In this document: positions 27,601-42,000 of the stretch, in pieces
Layout: the number at the start of each line of letters is the position of its first letter
Numbering within the stretch: the stretch's first letter is position 1
Source of the DNA: Auanema rhodensis
Lineage: Eukaryota; Animalia; Nematoda
Length of the DNA: 64,000 nucleotides
Direction of reading: 5' to 3'
Assembly: GCA_964057225.1 (NCBI GenBank)
Contig: CAXKVF010000075.1
Span: 682,001-746,000 of the forward strand
Notes under the pieces: generated by a model
Seen by the model: the letters and a program-made list of their open reading frames with translations, nothing else
What the model was told of the DNA's origin: nothing
Databases searched by the model: none
Position numbers and translations under genes: made by a program

Positions 27601-30600
27601 TGCACTTGGTATGTAACTCGCTTCACGTGAAAGATAAAGAGATGCGGTTTTCAAAATTAGATCCCCCATGTCCATATTAGTCTAAAAACAAATTTTGATT
27701 GATATTGGTTCATGGTAACCATGACTTTGAAATTTACGTGAACTTTAATTTATGCTAATTAAATGTACACGTGATGTGCACTTGGTATGTAACTCGCTTC
27801 ACGTGAAAGATAAAGAGATGCGGTTTTCAAAATTAGATCCCCCATGTCCATATTAGTCTAAAAACAAATTTTTATTGATATTGCTTCATGGTAACCATGA
27901 CTTTGAAATTTACGTGAACTTTAATTTATGCTAATTAAATGTACACGTGATGTGCACTTGGTATGTAACTCGCTTCACGTGAAAGATAAAGAGATGCGGT
28001 TTTCAAAATTAGATTCCCCATGTCCATATTAGTCTAAAAACAAATTTTTATTGATATTGGTTCATGGTAACCATGACTTTGAAATTTACGTGAACTTTAA
28101 TTTATGCTAATTAAATGTACACGTGATGTGCACTTGGTATGTAACTCGCTTCACGTGAAAGATAAAGAGATGCGGTTTTCAAAAATAGATTCCCCATGTC
28201 CATATCAGTCTAAAAACAAATTTTTATTGATATTGGTTCATGGTAACCATGACTTTGAAATTTACGTGAACTTTAATTTATGCTAATTAAATGTACACGT
28301 GATGTGCACTTGGTATGTAACTCGCTTCACGTGAAAGATAAAGAGATGCGGTTTTCAAAATTAGATTCCCCATGTCCATATTAGTCTAAAAACAAATTTT
28401 TATTGATATTGGTGCATGGTAACCATGACTTTGAATTTTACGTGAACTTTAATTTATGCTAATTAAATGTACACGTGATGTGCACTTGGTATGTAACTCG
28501 CTTCACGTGAAAGATAAAGAGATGCGGTTTTCAAAATTAGATCCCCCATGTCCATATTAGTCTAAAAACAAATTTTGATTGATATTGGTTCATGGTAACC
28601 ATGACTTTGAAATTTACGTGAACTTTAATTTATGCTAATTAAATGTACACGTGATGTGCACTTGGTATGTAACTCGCTTCACGTGAAAGATAAAGAGATG
28701 CGGTTTTCAAAATTAGATTTCCCATGTCCATATTAGTCTAAAAACAAATTTTTATTGATATTGGTGCATGGTAACCATGACTTTGAATTTTACGTGAACT
28801 TTAATTTATGCTAATTAAATGTACACGTGATGTGCACTTGGTATGTAACTCGCTTCACGTGAAAGATAAAGAGATGCGGTTTTCAAAATTAGATTCCCCA
28901 TGTCCATATTAGTCTAAAAACAAATTTTTATTGATATTGGTGCATGGTAACCATGACTTTGAAATTTACGTGAACTTTAATTTATGCTAATTAAATGTAC
29001 ACGTGATGTGCACTTGGTATGTAACTCGCTTCACGTGAAAGATAAAGAGATGCGGTTTTCAAAATTAGATTCCCCATGTCCATATTAGTCTAAAAACAAA
29101 TTTTTATTGATATTGCTTCATGGTAACCATGACTTTGAAATTTACGTGAACTTTAATTTATGCTAATTGAATGTACACGTGATGTGCACTTGGTATGTAA
29201 CTCGCTTCACGTGAAAGATAAAGAGATGCGGTTTTCAAAATTAGATTCCCCATGTCCATATTAGTCTAAAAACAAATTTTTATTGATATTGGTTCATGGT
29301 AACCATGACTTTGAAATATACGTGAACTTTAATTTATGCTAATTAAATGTACACGTGATGTGCACTTGGTATGTAACTCGCTTCACGTGAAAGATAAAGA
29401 GATGCGGTTTTCAAAATTAGATTCCCCATGTCCATATTAGTCTAAAAACAAATTTTTATTGATATTGGTGCATGGTAACCATGACTTTGAAATATACGTG
29501 AACTTTAATTTATGCTAATTAAATGTACACGTGATGTGCACTTGGTATGTAACTCGCTTCACGTGAAAGATAAAGAGATGCGGTTTTCAAAATTAGATTT
29601 CCCATGTCCATATTAGTCTAAAAACAAATTTTTATTGATATTGGTGCATGGTAACCATGACTTTGAATTTTACGTGAACTTTAATTTATGCTAATTAAAT
29701 GTACACGTGATGTGCACTTGGTATGTAACTCGCTTCACGTGAAAGATAAAGAGATGCGGTTTTCAAAATTAGATTCCCCATGTCCATATTAGTCTAAAAA
29801 CAAATTTTTATTGATATTGGTGCATGGTAACCATGACTTTGAAATTTACGTGAACTTTAATTTATGCTAATTAAATGTACACGTGATGTGCACTTGGTAT
29901 GTAACTCGCTTCACGTGAAAGATAAAGAGATGCGGTTTTCAAAATTAGATTCCCCATGTCCATATTAGTCTAAAAACAAATTTTTATTGATATTGCTTCA
30001 TGGTAACCATGACTTTGAAATTTACGTGAACTTTAATTTATGCTAATTGAATGTACACGTGATGTGCACTTGGTATGTAACTCGCTTCACGTGAAAGATA
30101 AAGAGATGCGGTTTTCAAAATTAGATCCCCCATGTCCATATTAGTCTAAAAACAAATTTTGATTGATATTGGTTCATGGTAACCATGACTTTGAAATTTA
30201 CGTGAACTTTAATTTATGCTAATTAAATGTACACGTGATGTGCACTTGGTATGTAACTCGCTTCACGTGAAAGATAAAGAGATGCGGTTTTCAAAATTAG
30301 ATCCCCCATGTCCATATTAGTCTAAAAACAAATTTTGATTGATATTGGTTCATGGTAACCATGACTTTGAAATTTACGTGAACTTTAATTTATGCTAATT
30401 AAATGTACACGTGATGTGCACTTGGTATGTAACTCGCTTCACGTGAAAGATAAAGAGATGCGGTTTTCAAAATTAGATCCCCCATGTCCATATTAGTCTA
30501 AAAACAAATTTTGATTGATATTGGTTCATGGTAACCATGACTTTGAAATTTACGTGAACTTTAATTTATGCTAATTAAATGTACACGTGATGTGCACTTG

Positions 30601-33600
30601 GTATGTAACTCGCTTCACGTGAAAGATAAAGAGATGCGGTTTTCAAAATTAGATCCCCCATGTCCATATTAGTCTAAAAACAAATTTTGATTGATATTGG
30701 TGCATGGTAACCATGACTTTGAAATTTACGTGAACTTTAATTTATGCTAATTAAATGTACACGTGATGTGCACTTGGTATGTAACTCGCTTCACGTGAAA
30801 GATAAAGAGATGCGGTTTTCAAAATTAGATCCCCCATGTCCATATTAGTCTAAAAACAAATTTTGATTGATATTGGTTCATGGTAACCATGACTTTGAAA
30901 TTTACGTGAACTTTAATTTATGCTAATTAAATGTACACGTGATGTGCACTTGGTATGTAACTCGCTTCACGTGAAAGATAAAGAGATGCGGTTTTCAAAA
31001 TTAGATCCCCCATGTCCATATTAGTCTAAAAACAAATTTTTATTGATATTGCTTCATGGTAACCATGACTTTGAAATTTACGTGAACTTTAATTTATGCT
31101 AATTAAATGTACACGTGATGTGCACTTGGTATGTAACTCGCTTCACGTGAAAGATAAAGAGATGCGGTTTTCAAAATTAGATTCCCCATGTCCATATTAG
31201 TCTAAAAACAAATTTTTATTGATATTGGTTCATGGTAACCATGACTTTGAAATTTACGTGAACTTTAATTTATGCTAATTAAATGTACACGTGATGTGCA
31301 CTTGGTATGTAACTCGCTTCACGTGAAAGATAAAGAGATGCGGTTTTCAAAAATAGATTCCCCATGTCCATATCAGTCTAAAAACAAATTTTTATTGATA
31401 TTGGTTCATGGTAACCATGACTTTGAAATTTACGTGAACTTTAATTTATGCTAATTAAATGTACACGTGATGTGCACTTGGTATGTAACTCGCTTCACGT
31501 GAAAGATAAAGAGATGCGGTTTTCAAAATTAGATTCCCCATGTCCATATTAGTCTAAAAACAAATTTTTATTGATATTGGTGCATGGTAACCATGACTTT
31601 GAATTTTACGTGAACTTTAATTTATGCTAATTAAATGTACACGTGATGTGCACTTGGTATGTAACTCGCTTCACGTGAAAGATAAAGAGATGCGGTTTTC
31701 AAAATTAGATCCCCCATGTCCATATTAGTCTAAAAACAAATTTTGATTGATATTGGTTCATGGTAACCATGACTTTGAAATATACGTGAACTTTAATTTA
31801 TGCTAATTAAATGTACACGTGATGTGCACTTGGTATGTAACTCGCTTCACGTGAAAGATAAAGAGATGCGGTTTTCAAAATTAGATTCCCCATGTCCATA
31901 TTAGTCTAAAAACAAATTTTTATTGATATTGGTGCATGGTAACCATGACTTTGAAATATACGTGAACTTTAATTTATGCTAATTAAATGTACACGTGATG
32001 TGCACTTGGTATGTAACTCGCTTCACGTGAAAGATAAAGAGATGCGGTTTTCAAAATTAGATTCCCCATGTCCATATTAGTCTAAAAACAAATTTTTATT
32101 GATATTGGTGCATGGTAACCATGACTTTGAATTTTACGTGAACTTTAATTTATGCTAATTAAATGTACACGTGATGTGCACTTGGTATGTAACTCGCTTC
32201 ACGTGAAAGATAAAGAGATGCGGTTTTCAAAATTAGATCCCCCATGTCCATATTAGTCTAAAAACAAATTTTGATTGATATTGGTGCATGGTAACCATGA
32301 CTTTGAAATTTACGTGAACTTTAATTTATGCTAATTAAATGTACACGTGATGTGCACTTGGTATGTAACTCGCTTCACGTGAAAGATAAAGAGATGCGGT
32401 TTTCAAAATTAGATTCCCCATGTCCATATTAGTCTAAAAACAAATTTTTATTGATATTGGTGCATGGTAACCATGACTTTGAAATTTACGTGAACTTTAA
32501 TTTATGCTAATTAAATGTACACGTGATGTGCACTTGGTATGTAACTCGCTTCACGTGAAAGATAAAGAGATGCGGTTTTCAAAATTAGATTCCCCATGTC
32601 CATATTAGTCTAAAAACAAATTTTTATTGATATTGGTGCATGGTAACCATGACTTTGAATTTTACGTGAACTTTAATTTATGCTAATTAAATGTACACGT
32701 GATGTGCACTTGGTATGTAACTCGCTTCACGTGAAAGATAAAGAGATGCGGTTTTCAAAATTAGATCCCCCATGTCCATATTAGTCTAAAAACAAATTTT
32801 GATTGATATTGGTGCATGGTAACCATGACTTTGAAATTTACGTGAACTTTAATTTATGCTAATTAAATGTACACGTGATGTGCACTTGGTATGTAACTCG
32901 CTTCACGTGAAAGATAAAGAGATGCGGTTTTCAAAATTAGATTCCCCATGTCCATATTAGTCTAAAAACAAATTTTTATTGATATTGGTTCATGGTAACC
33001 ATGACTTTGAAATTTACGTGAACTTTAATTTATGCTAATTAAATGTACACGTGATGTGCACTTGGTATGTAACTCGCTTCACGTGAAAGATAAAGAGATG
33101 CGGTTTTCAAAATTAGATTCCCCATGTCCATATTAGTCTAAAAACAAATTTTTATTGATATTGGTGCATGGTAACCATGACTTTGAATTTTACGTGAACT
33201 TTAATTTATGCTAATTAAATGTACACGTGATGTGCACTTGGTATGTAACTCGCTTCACGTGAAAGATAAAGAGATGCGGTTTTCAAAATTAGATCCCCCA
33301 TGTCCATATTAGTCTAAAAACAAATTTTGATTGATATTGGTTCATGGTAACCATGACTTTGAAATTTACGTGAACTTTAATTTATGCTAATTAAATGTAC
33401 ACGTGATGTGCACTTGGTATGTAACTCGCTTCACGTGAAAGATAAAGAGATGCGGTTTTCAAAATTAGATCCCCCATGTCCATATTAGTCTAAAAACAAA
33501 TTTTTATTGATATTGCTTCATGGTAACCATGACTTTGAAATTTACGTGAACTTTAATTTATGCTAATTAAATGTACACGTGATGTGCACTTGGTATGTAA

Positions 33601-35740
33601 CTCGCTTCACGTGAAAGATAAAGAGATGCGGTTTTCAAAATTAGATTCCCCATGTCCATATTAGTCTAAAAACAAATTTTTATTGATATTGGTTCATGGT
33701 AACCATGACTTTGAAATTTACGTGAACTTTAATTTATGCTAATTAAATGTACACGTGATGTGCACTTGGTATGTAACTCGCTTCACGTGAAAGATAAAGA
33801 GATGCGGTTTTCAAAAATAGATTCCCCATGTCCATATCAGTCTAAAAACAAATTTTTATTGATATTGGTTCATGGTAACCATGACTTTGAAATTTACGTG
33901 AACTTTAATTTATGCTAATTAAATGTACACGTGATGTGCACTTGGTATGTAACTCGCTTCACGTGAAAGATAAAGAGATGCGGTTTTCAAAATTAGATTC
34001 CCCATGTCCATATTAGTCTAAAAACAAATTTTTATTGATATTGGTGCATGGTAACCATGACTTTGAATTTTACGTGAACTTTAATTTATGCTAATTAAAT
34101 GTACACGTGATGTGCACTTGGTATGTAACTCGCTTCACGTGAAAGATAAAGAGATGCGGTTTTCAAAATTAGATCCCCCATGTCCATATTAGTCTAAAAA
34201 CAAATTTTGATTGATATTGGTTCATGGTAACCATGACTTTGAAATTTACGTGAACTTTAATTTATGCTAATTAAATGTACACGTGATGTGCACTTGGTAT
34301 GTAACTCGCTTCACGTGAAAGATAAAGAGATGCGGTTTTCAAAATTAGATTTCCCATGTCCATATTAGTCTAAAAACAAATTTTTATTGATATTGGTGCA
34401 TGGTAACCATGACTTTGAATTTTACGTGAACTTTAATTTATGCTAATTAAATGTACACGTGATGTGCACTTGGTATGTAACTCGCTTCACGTGAAAGATA
34501 AAGAGATGCGGTTTTCAAAATTAGATTCCCCATGTCCATATTAGTCTAAAAACAAATTTTTATTGATATTGGTGCATGGTAACCATGACTTTGAAATTTA
34601 CGTGAACTTTAATTTATGCTAATTAAATGTACACGTGATGTGCACTTGGTATGTAACTCGCTTCACGTGAAAGATAAAGAGATGCGGTTTTCAAAATTAG
34701 ATTCCCCATGTCCATATTAGTCTAAAAACAAATTTTTATTGATATTGCTTCATGGTAACCATGACTTTGAAATTTACGTGAACTTTAATTTATGCTAATT
34801 GAATGTACACGTGATGTGCACTTGGTATGTAACTCGCTTCACGTGAAAGATAAAGAGATGCGGTTTTCAAAATTAGATTCCCCATGTCCATATTAGTCTA
34901 AAAACAAATTTTTATTGATATTGGTTCATGGTAACCATGACTTTGAAATATACGTGAACTTTAATTTATGCTAATTAAATGTACACGTGATGTGCACTTG
35001 GTATGTAACTCGCTTCACGTGAAAGATAAAGAGATGCGGTTTTCAAAATTAGATTCCCCATGTCCATATTAGTCTAAAAACAAATTTTTATTGATATTGG
35101 TGCATGGTAACCATGACTTTGAAATATACGTGAACTTTAATTTATGCTAATTAAATGTACACGTGATGTGCACTTGGTATGTAACTCGCTTCACGTGAAA
35201 GATAAAGAGATGCGGTTTTCAAAATTAGATTTCCCATGTCCATATTAGTCTAAAAACAAATTTTTATTGATATTGGTGCATGGTAACCATGACTTTGAAT
35301 TTTACGTGAACTTTAATTTATGCTAATTAAATGTACACGTGATGTGCACTTGGTATGTAACTCGCTTCACGTGAAAGATAAAGAGATGCGGTTTTCAAAA
35401 TTAGATTCCCCATGTCCATATTAGTCTAAAAACAAATTTTTATTGATATTGGTGCATGGTAACCATGACTTTGAAATTTACGTGAACTTTAATTTATGCT
35501 AATTAAATGTACACGTGATGTGCACTTGGTATGTAACTCGCTTCACGTGAAAGATAAAGAGATGCGGTTTTCAAAATTAGATTCCCCATGTCCATATTAG
35601 TCTAAAAACAAATTTTTATTGATATTGCTTCATGGTAACCATGACTTTGAAATTTACGTGAACTTTAATTTATGCTAATTGAATGTACACGTGATGTGCA
35701 CTTGGTATGTAACTCGCTTCACGTGAAAGATAAAGAGATG
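24653..35740 (+). repeat. Tandem duplication with a 32-monomer (5632 bp) period: ~24653-30108 vs ~30285-35740
   Basis: ORF-creating monomers map 25640->31272 and 28104->33736 (both +5632). C20T monomers map 28701->34333 and 29581->35213. The run of T19C+T53G monomers maps 24653->30285. Confidence 0.92.
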
Positions 35741-38700
35741 CGGTTTTCAAAATTAGATTCCCCATGTCCATATTAGTCTAAAAACAAATTTTTATTGATA
35801 TTGGTTCATGGTAACCATGACTTTGAAATATACGTGAACTTTAATTTATGCTAATTAAATGTACACGTGATGTGCACTTGGTATGTAACTCGCTTCACGT
35901 GAAAGATAAAGAGATGCGGTTTTCAAAATTAGATTCCCCATGTCCATATTAGTCTAAAAACAAATTTTTATTGATATTGGTGCATGGTAACCATGACTTT
36001 GAAATATACGTGAACTTTAATTTATGCTAATTAAATGTACACGTGATGTGCACTTGGTATGTAACTCGCTTCACGTGAAAGATAAAGAGATGCGGTTTTC
36101 AAAATTAGATTCCCCATGTCCATATTAGTCTAAAAACAAATTTTTATTGATATTGGTGCATGGTAACCATGACTTTGAATTTTACGTGAACTTTAATTTA
36201 TGCTAATTAAATGTACACGTGATGTGCACTTGGTATGTAACTCGCTTCACGTGAAAGATAAAGAGATGCGGTTTTCAAAATTAGATCCCCCATGTCCATA
36301 TTAGTCTAAAAACAAATTTTGATTGATATTGGTGCATGGTAACCATGACTTTGAAATTTACGTGAACTTTAATTTATGCTAATTAAATGTACACGTGATG
36401 TGCACTTGGTATGTAACTCGCTTCACGTGAAAGATAAAGAGATGCGGTTTTCAAAATTAGATTCCCCATGTCCATATTAGTCTAAAAACAAATTTTTATT
36501 GATATTGGTGCATGGTAACCATGACTTTGAAATTTACGTGAACTTTAATTTATGCTAATTAAATGTACACGTGATGTGCACTTGGTATGTAACTCGCTTC
36601 ACGTGAAAGATAAAGAGATGCGGTTTTCAAAATTAGATTCCCCATGTCCATATTAGTCTAAAAACAAATTTTTATTGATATTGGTGCATGGTAACCATGA
36701 CTTTGAAATATACGTGAACTTTAATTTATGCTAATTAAATGTACACGTGATGTGCACTTGGTATGTAACTCGCTTCACGTGAAAGATAAAGAGATGCGGT
36801 TTTCAAAATTAGATTCCCCATGTCCATATTAGTCTAAAAACAAATTTTTATTGATATTGGTGCATGGTAACCATGACTTTGAATTTTACGTGAACTTTAA
36901 TTTATGCTAATTAAATGTACACGTGATGTGCACTTGGTATGTAACTCGCTTCACGTGAAAGATAAAGAGATGCGGTTTTCAAAATTAGATCCCCCATGTC
37001 CATATTAGTCTAAAAACAAATTTTGATTGATATTGGTGCATGGTAACCATGACTTTGAAATTTACGTGAACTTTAATTTATGCTAATTAAATGTACACGT
37101 GATGTGCACTTGGTATGTAACTCGCTTCACGTGAAAGATAAAGAGATGCGGTTTTCAAAATTAGATTCCCCATGTCCATATTAGTCTAAAAACAAATTTT
37201 TATTGATATTGGTGCATGGTAACCATGACTTTGAAATTTACGTGAACTTTAATTTATGCTAATTAAATGTACACGTGATGTGCACTTGGTATGTAACTCG
37301 CTTCACGTGAAAGATAAAGAGATGCGGTTTTCAAAATTAGATTCCCCATGTCCATATTAGTCTAAAAACAAATTTTTATTGATATTGGTGCATGGTAACC
37401 ATGACTTTGAATTTTACGTGAACTTTAATTTATGCTAATTAAATGTACACGTGATGTGCACTTGGTATGTAACTCGCTTCACGTGAAAGATAAAGAGATG
37501 CGGTTTTCAAAATTAGATCCCCCATGTCCATATTAGTCTAAAAACAAATTTTGATTGATATTGGTGCATGGTAACCATGACTTTGAAATTTACGTGAACT
37601 TTAATTTATGCTAATTAAATGTACACGTGATGTGCACTTGGTATGTAACTCGCTTCACGTGAAAGATAAAGAGATGCGGTTTTCAAAATTAGATTCCCCA
37701 TGTCCATATTAGTCTAAAAACAAATTTTTATTGATATTGGTTCATGGTAACCATGACTTTGAAATTTACGTGAACTTTAATTTATGCTAATTAAATGTAC
37801 ACGTGATGTGCACTTGGTATGTAACTCGCTTCACGTGAAAGATAAAGAGATGCGGTTTTCAAAATTAGATTCCCCATGTCCATATTAGTCTAAAACAAAT
37901 TTTTATTGATATTGGTGCATGGTAACCATGACTTTGAATTTTACGTGAACTTTAATTTATGCTAATTAAATGTACACGTGATGTGCACTTGGTATGTAAC
38001 TCGCTTCACGTGAAAGATAAAGAGATGCGGTTTTCAAAATTAGATCCCCCATGTCCATATTAGTCTAAAAACAAATTTTGATTGATATTGGTTCATGGTA
38101 ACCATGACTTTGAAATTTACGTGAACTTTAATTTATGCTAATTAAATGTACACGTGATGTGCACTTGGTATGTAACTCGCTTCACGTGAAAGATAAAGAG
38201 ATGCGGTTTTCAAAATTAGATTTCCCATGTTCATATTAGTCTAAAAACAAATTTTTATTGATATTGGTGCATGGTAACCATGACTTTGAATTTTACGTGA
38301 ACTTTAATTTATGCTAATTAAATGTACACGTGATGTGCACTTGGTATGTAACTCGCTTCACGTGAAAGATAAAGAGATGCGGTTTTTAAAATTAGATTCC
38401 CCATGTCCATATTAGTCTAAAAACAAATTTTTATTGATATTGGTTCATGGTAACCATGACTTTGAAATTTACGTGAACTTTAATTTATGCTAATTAAATG
38501 TACACGTGATGTGCACTTGGTATGTAACTCGCTTCACGTGAAAGATAAAGAGATGCGGTTTTCAAAATTAGATTCCCCATGTCCATATTAGTCTAAAAAC
38601 AAATTTTTATTGATATTGCTTCATGGTAACCATGACTTTGAAATTTACGTGAACTTTAATTTATGCTAATTAAATGTACACGTGATGTGCACTTGGTATG

Positions 38701-39083
38701 TAACTCGCTTCACGTGAAAGATAAAGAGATGCGGTTTTCAAAATTAGATTCCCCATGTCCATATTAGTCTAAAAACAAATTTTTATTGATATTGGTGCAT
38801 GGTAACCATGACTTTGAAATTTACGTGAACTTTAATTTATGCTAATTAAATGTACACGTGATGTGCACTTGGTATGTAACTCGCTTCACGTGAAAGATAA
38901 AGAGATGCGGTTTTCAAAATTAGATTCCCCATGTCCATATTAGTCTAAAAACAAATTTTTATTGATATTGGTGCATGGTAACCATGACTTTGAATTTTAC
39001 GTGAACTTTAATTTATGCTAATTAAATGTACACGTGATGTGCACTTGGTATGTAACTCGCTTCACGTGAAAGATAAAGAGATG

Positions 39084-42000
39084 CGGTTTTCAAAATTAGA
39101 TCCCCCATGTCCATATTAGTCTAAAAACAAATTTTGATTGATATTGGTGCATGGTAACCATGACTTTGAAATTTACGTGAACTTTAATTTATGCTAATTA
39201 AATGTACACGTGATGTGCACTTGGTATGTAACTCGCTTCACGTGAAAGATAAAGAGATGCGGTTTTCAAAATTAGATTCCCCATGTCCATATTAGTCTAA
39301 AAACAAATTTTTATTGATATTGGTTCATGGTAACCATGACTTTGAAATTTACGTGAACTTTAATTTATGCTAATTAAATGTACACGTGATGTGCACTTGG
39401 TATGTAACTCGCTTCACGTGAAAGATAAAGAGATGCGGTTTTCAAAATTAGATTCCCCATGTCCATATTAGTCTAAAAACAAATTTTTATTGATATTGGT
39501 GCATGGTAACCATGACTTTGAATTTTACGTGAACTTTAATTTATGCTAATTAAATGTACACGTGATGTGCACTTGGTATGTAACTCGCTTCACGTGAAAG
39601 ATAAAGAGATGCGGTTTTCAAAATTAGATCCCCCATGTCCATATTAGTCTAAAAACAAATTTTGATTGATATTGGTTCATGGTAACCATGACTTTGAAAT
39701 TTACGTGAACTTTAATTTATGCTAATTAAATGTACACGTGATGTGCACTTGGTATGTAACTCGCTTCACGTGAAAGATAAAGAGATGCGGTTTTCAAAAT
39801 TAGATCCCCCATGTCCATATTAGTCTAAAAACAAATTTTTATTGATATTGCTTCATGGTAACCATGACTTTGAAATTTACGTGAACTTTAATTTATGCTA
39901 ATTAAATGTACACGTGATGTGCACTTGGTATGTAACTCGCTTCACGTGAAAGATAAAGAGATGCGGTTTTCAAAATTAGATTCCCCATGTCCATATTAGT
40001 CTAAAAACAAATTTTTATTGATATTGGTTCATGGTAACCATGACTTTGAAATTTACGTGAACTTTAATTTATGCTAATTAAATGTACACGTGATGTGCAC
40101 TTGGTATGTAACTCGCTTCACGTGAAAGATAAAGAGATGCGGTTTTCAAAAATAGATTCCCCATGTCCATATCAGTCTAAAAACAAATTTTTATTGATAT
40201 TGGTTCATGGTAACCATGACTTTGAAATTTACGTGAACTTTAATTTATGCTAATTAAATGTACACGTGATGTGCACTTGGTATGTAACTCGCTTCACGTG
40301 AAAGATAAAGAGATGCGGTTTTCAAAATTAGATTCCCCATGTCCATATTAATCTAAAAACAAATTTTTATTGATATTGGTTCATGGTAACCATGACTTTG
40401 AAATTTACGTGAACTTTAATTTATGCTAATTAAATGTACACGTGATGTGCACTTGGTATGTAACTCGCTTCACGTGAAAGATAAAGAGATGCGGTTTTCA
40501 AAATTAGATTCCCCATGTCCATATTAGTCTAAAAACAAATTTTTATTGATATTGGTGCATGGTAACCATGACTTTGAATTTTACGTGAACTTTAATTTAT
40601 GCTAATTAAATGTACACGTGATGTGCACTTGGTATGTAACTCGCTTCACGTGAAAGATAAAGAGATGCGGTTTTCAAAATTAGATTCCCCATGTCCATAT
40701 TAGTCTAAAAACAAATTTTTATTGATATTGCTTCATGGTAACCATGACTTTGAATTTTACGTGAACTTTAATTTATGCTAATTAAATGTACACGTGATGT
40801 GCACTTGGTATGTAACTCGCTTCACGTGAAAGATAAAGAGATGCGGTTTTCAAAATTAGATCCCCCATGTCCATATTAGTCTAAAAACAAATTTTGATTG
40901 ATATTGGTTCATGGTAACCATGACTTTGAAATTTACGTGAACTTTAATTTATGCTAATTAAATGTACACGTGATGTGCACTTGGTATGTAACTCGCTTCA
41001 CGTGAAAGATAAAGAGATGCGGTTTTCAAAATTAGATTTCCCATGTCCATATTAGTCTAAAAACAAATTTTTATTGATATTGGTGCATGGTAACCATGAC
41101 TTTGAATTTTACGTGAACTTTAATTTATGCTAATTAAATGTACACGTGATGTGCACTTGGTATGTAACTCGCTTCACGTGAAAGATAAAGAGATGCGGTT
41201 TTCAAAATTAGATTCCCCATGTCCATATTAGTCTAAAAACAAATTTTTATTGATATTGGTGCATGGTAACCATGACTTTGAAATTTACGTGAACTTTAAT
41301 TTATGCTAATTAAATGTACACGTGATGTGCACTTGGTATGTAACTCGCTTCACGTGAAAGATAAAGAGATGCGGTTTTCAAAATTAGATTCCCCATGTCC
41401 ATATTAGTCTAAAAACAAATTTTTATTGATATTGCTTCATGGTAACCATGACTTTGAAATTTACGTGAACTTTAATTTATGCTAATTGAATGTACACGTG
41501 ATGTGCACTTGGTATGTAACTCGCTTCACGTGAAAGATAAAGAGATGCGGTTTTCAAAATTAGATTCCCCATGTCCATATTAGTCTAAAAACAAATTTTT
41601 ATTGATATTGGTTCATGGTAACCATGACTTTGAAATATACGTGAACTTTAATTTATGCTAATTAAATGTACACGTGATGTGCACTTGGTATGTAACTCGC
41701 TTCACGTGAAAGATAAAGAGATGCGGTTTTCAAAATTAGATTCCCCATGTCCATATTAGTCTAAAAACAAATTTTTATTGATATTGGTGCATGGTAACCA
41801 TGACTTTGAAATATACGTGAACTTTAATTTATGCTAATTAAATGTACACGTGATGTGCACTTGGTATGTAACTCGCTTCACGTGAAAGATAAAGAGATGC
41901 GGTTTTCAAAATTAGATCCCCCATGTCCATATTAGTCTAAAAACAAATTTTGATTGATATTGGTGCATGGTAACCATGACTTTGAAATTTACGTGAACTT

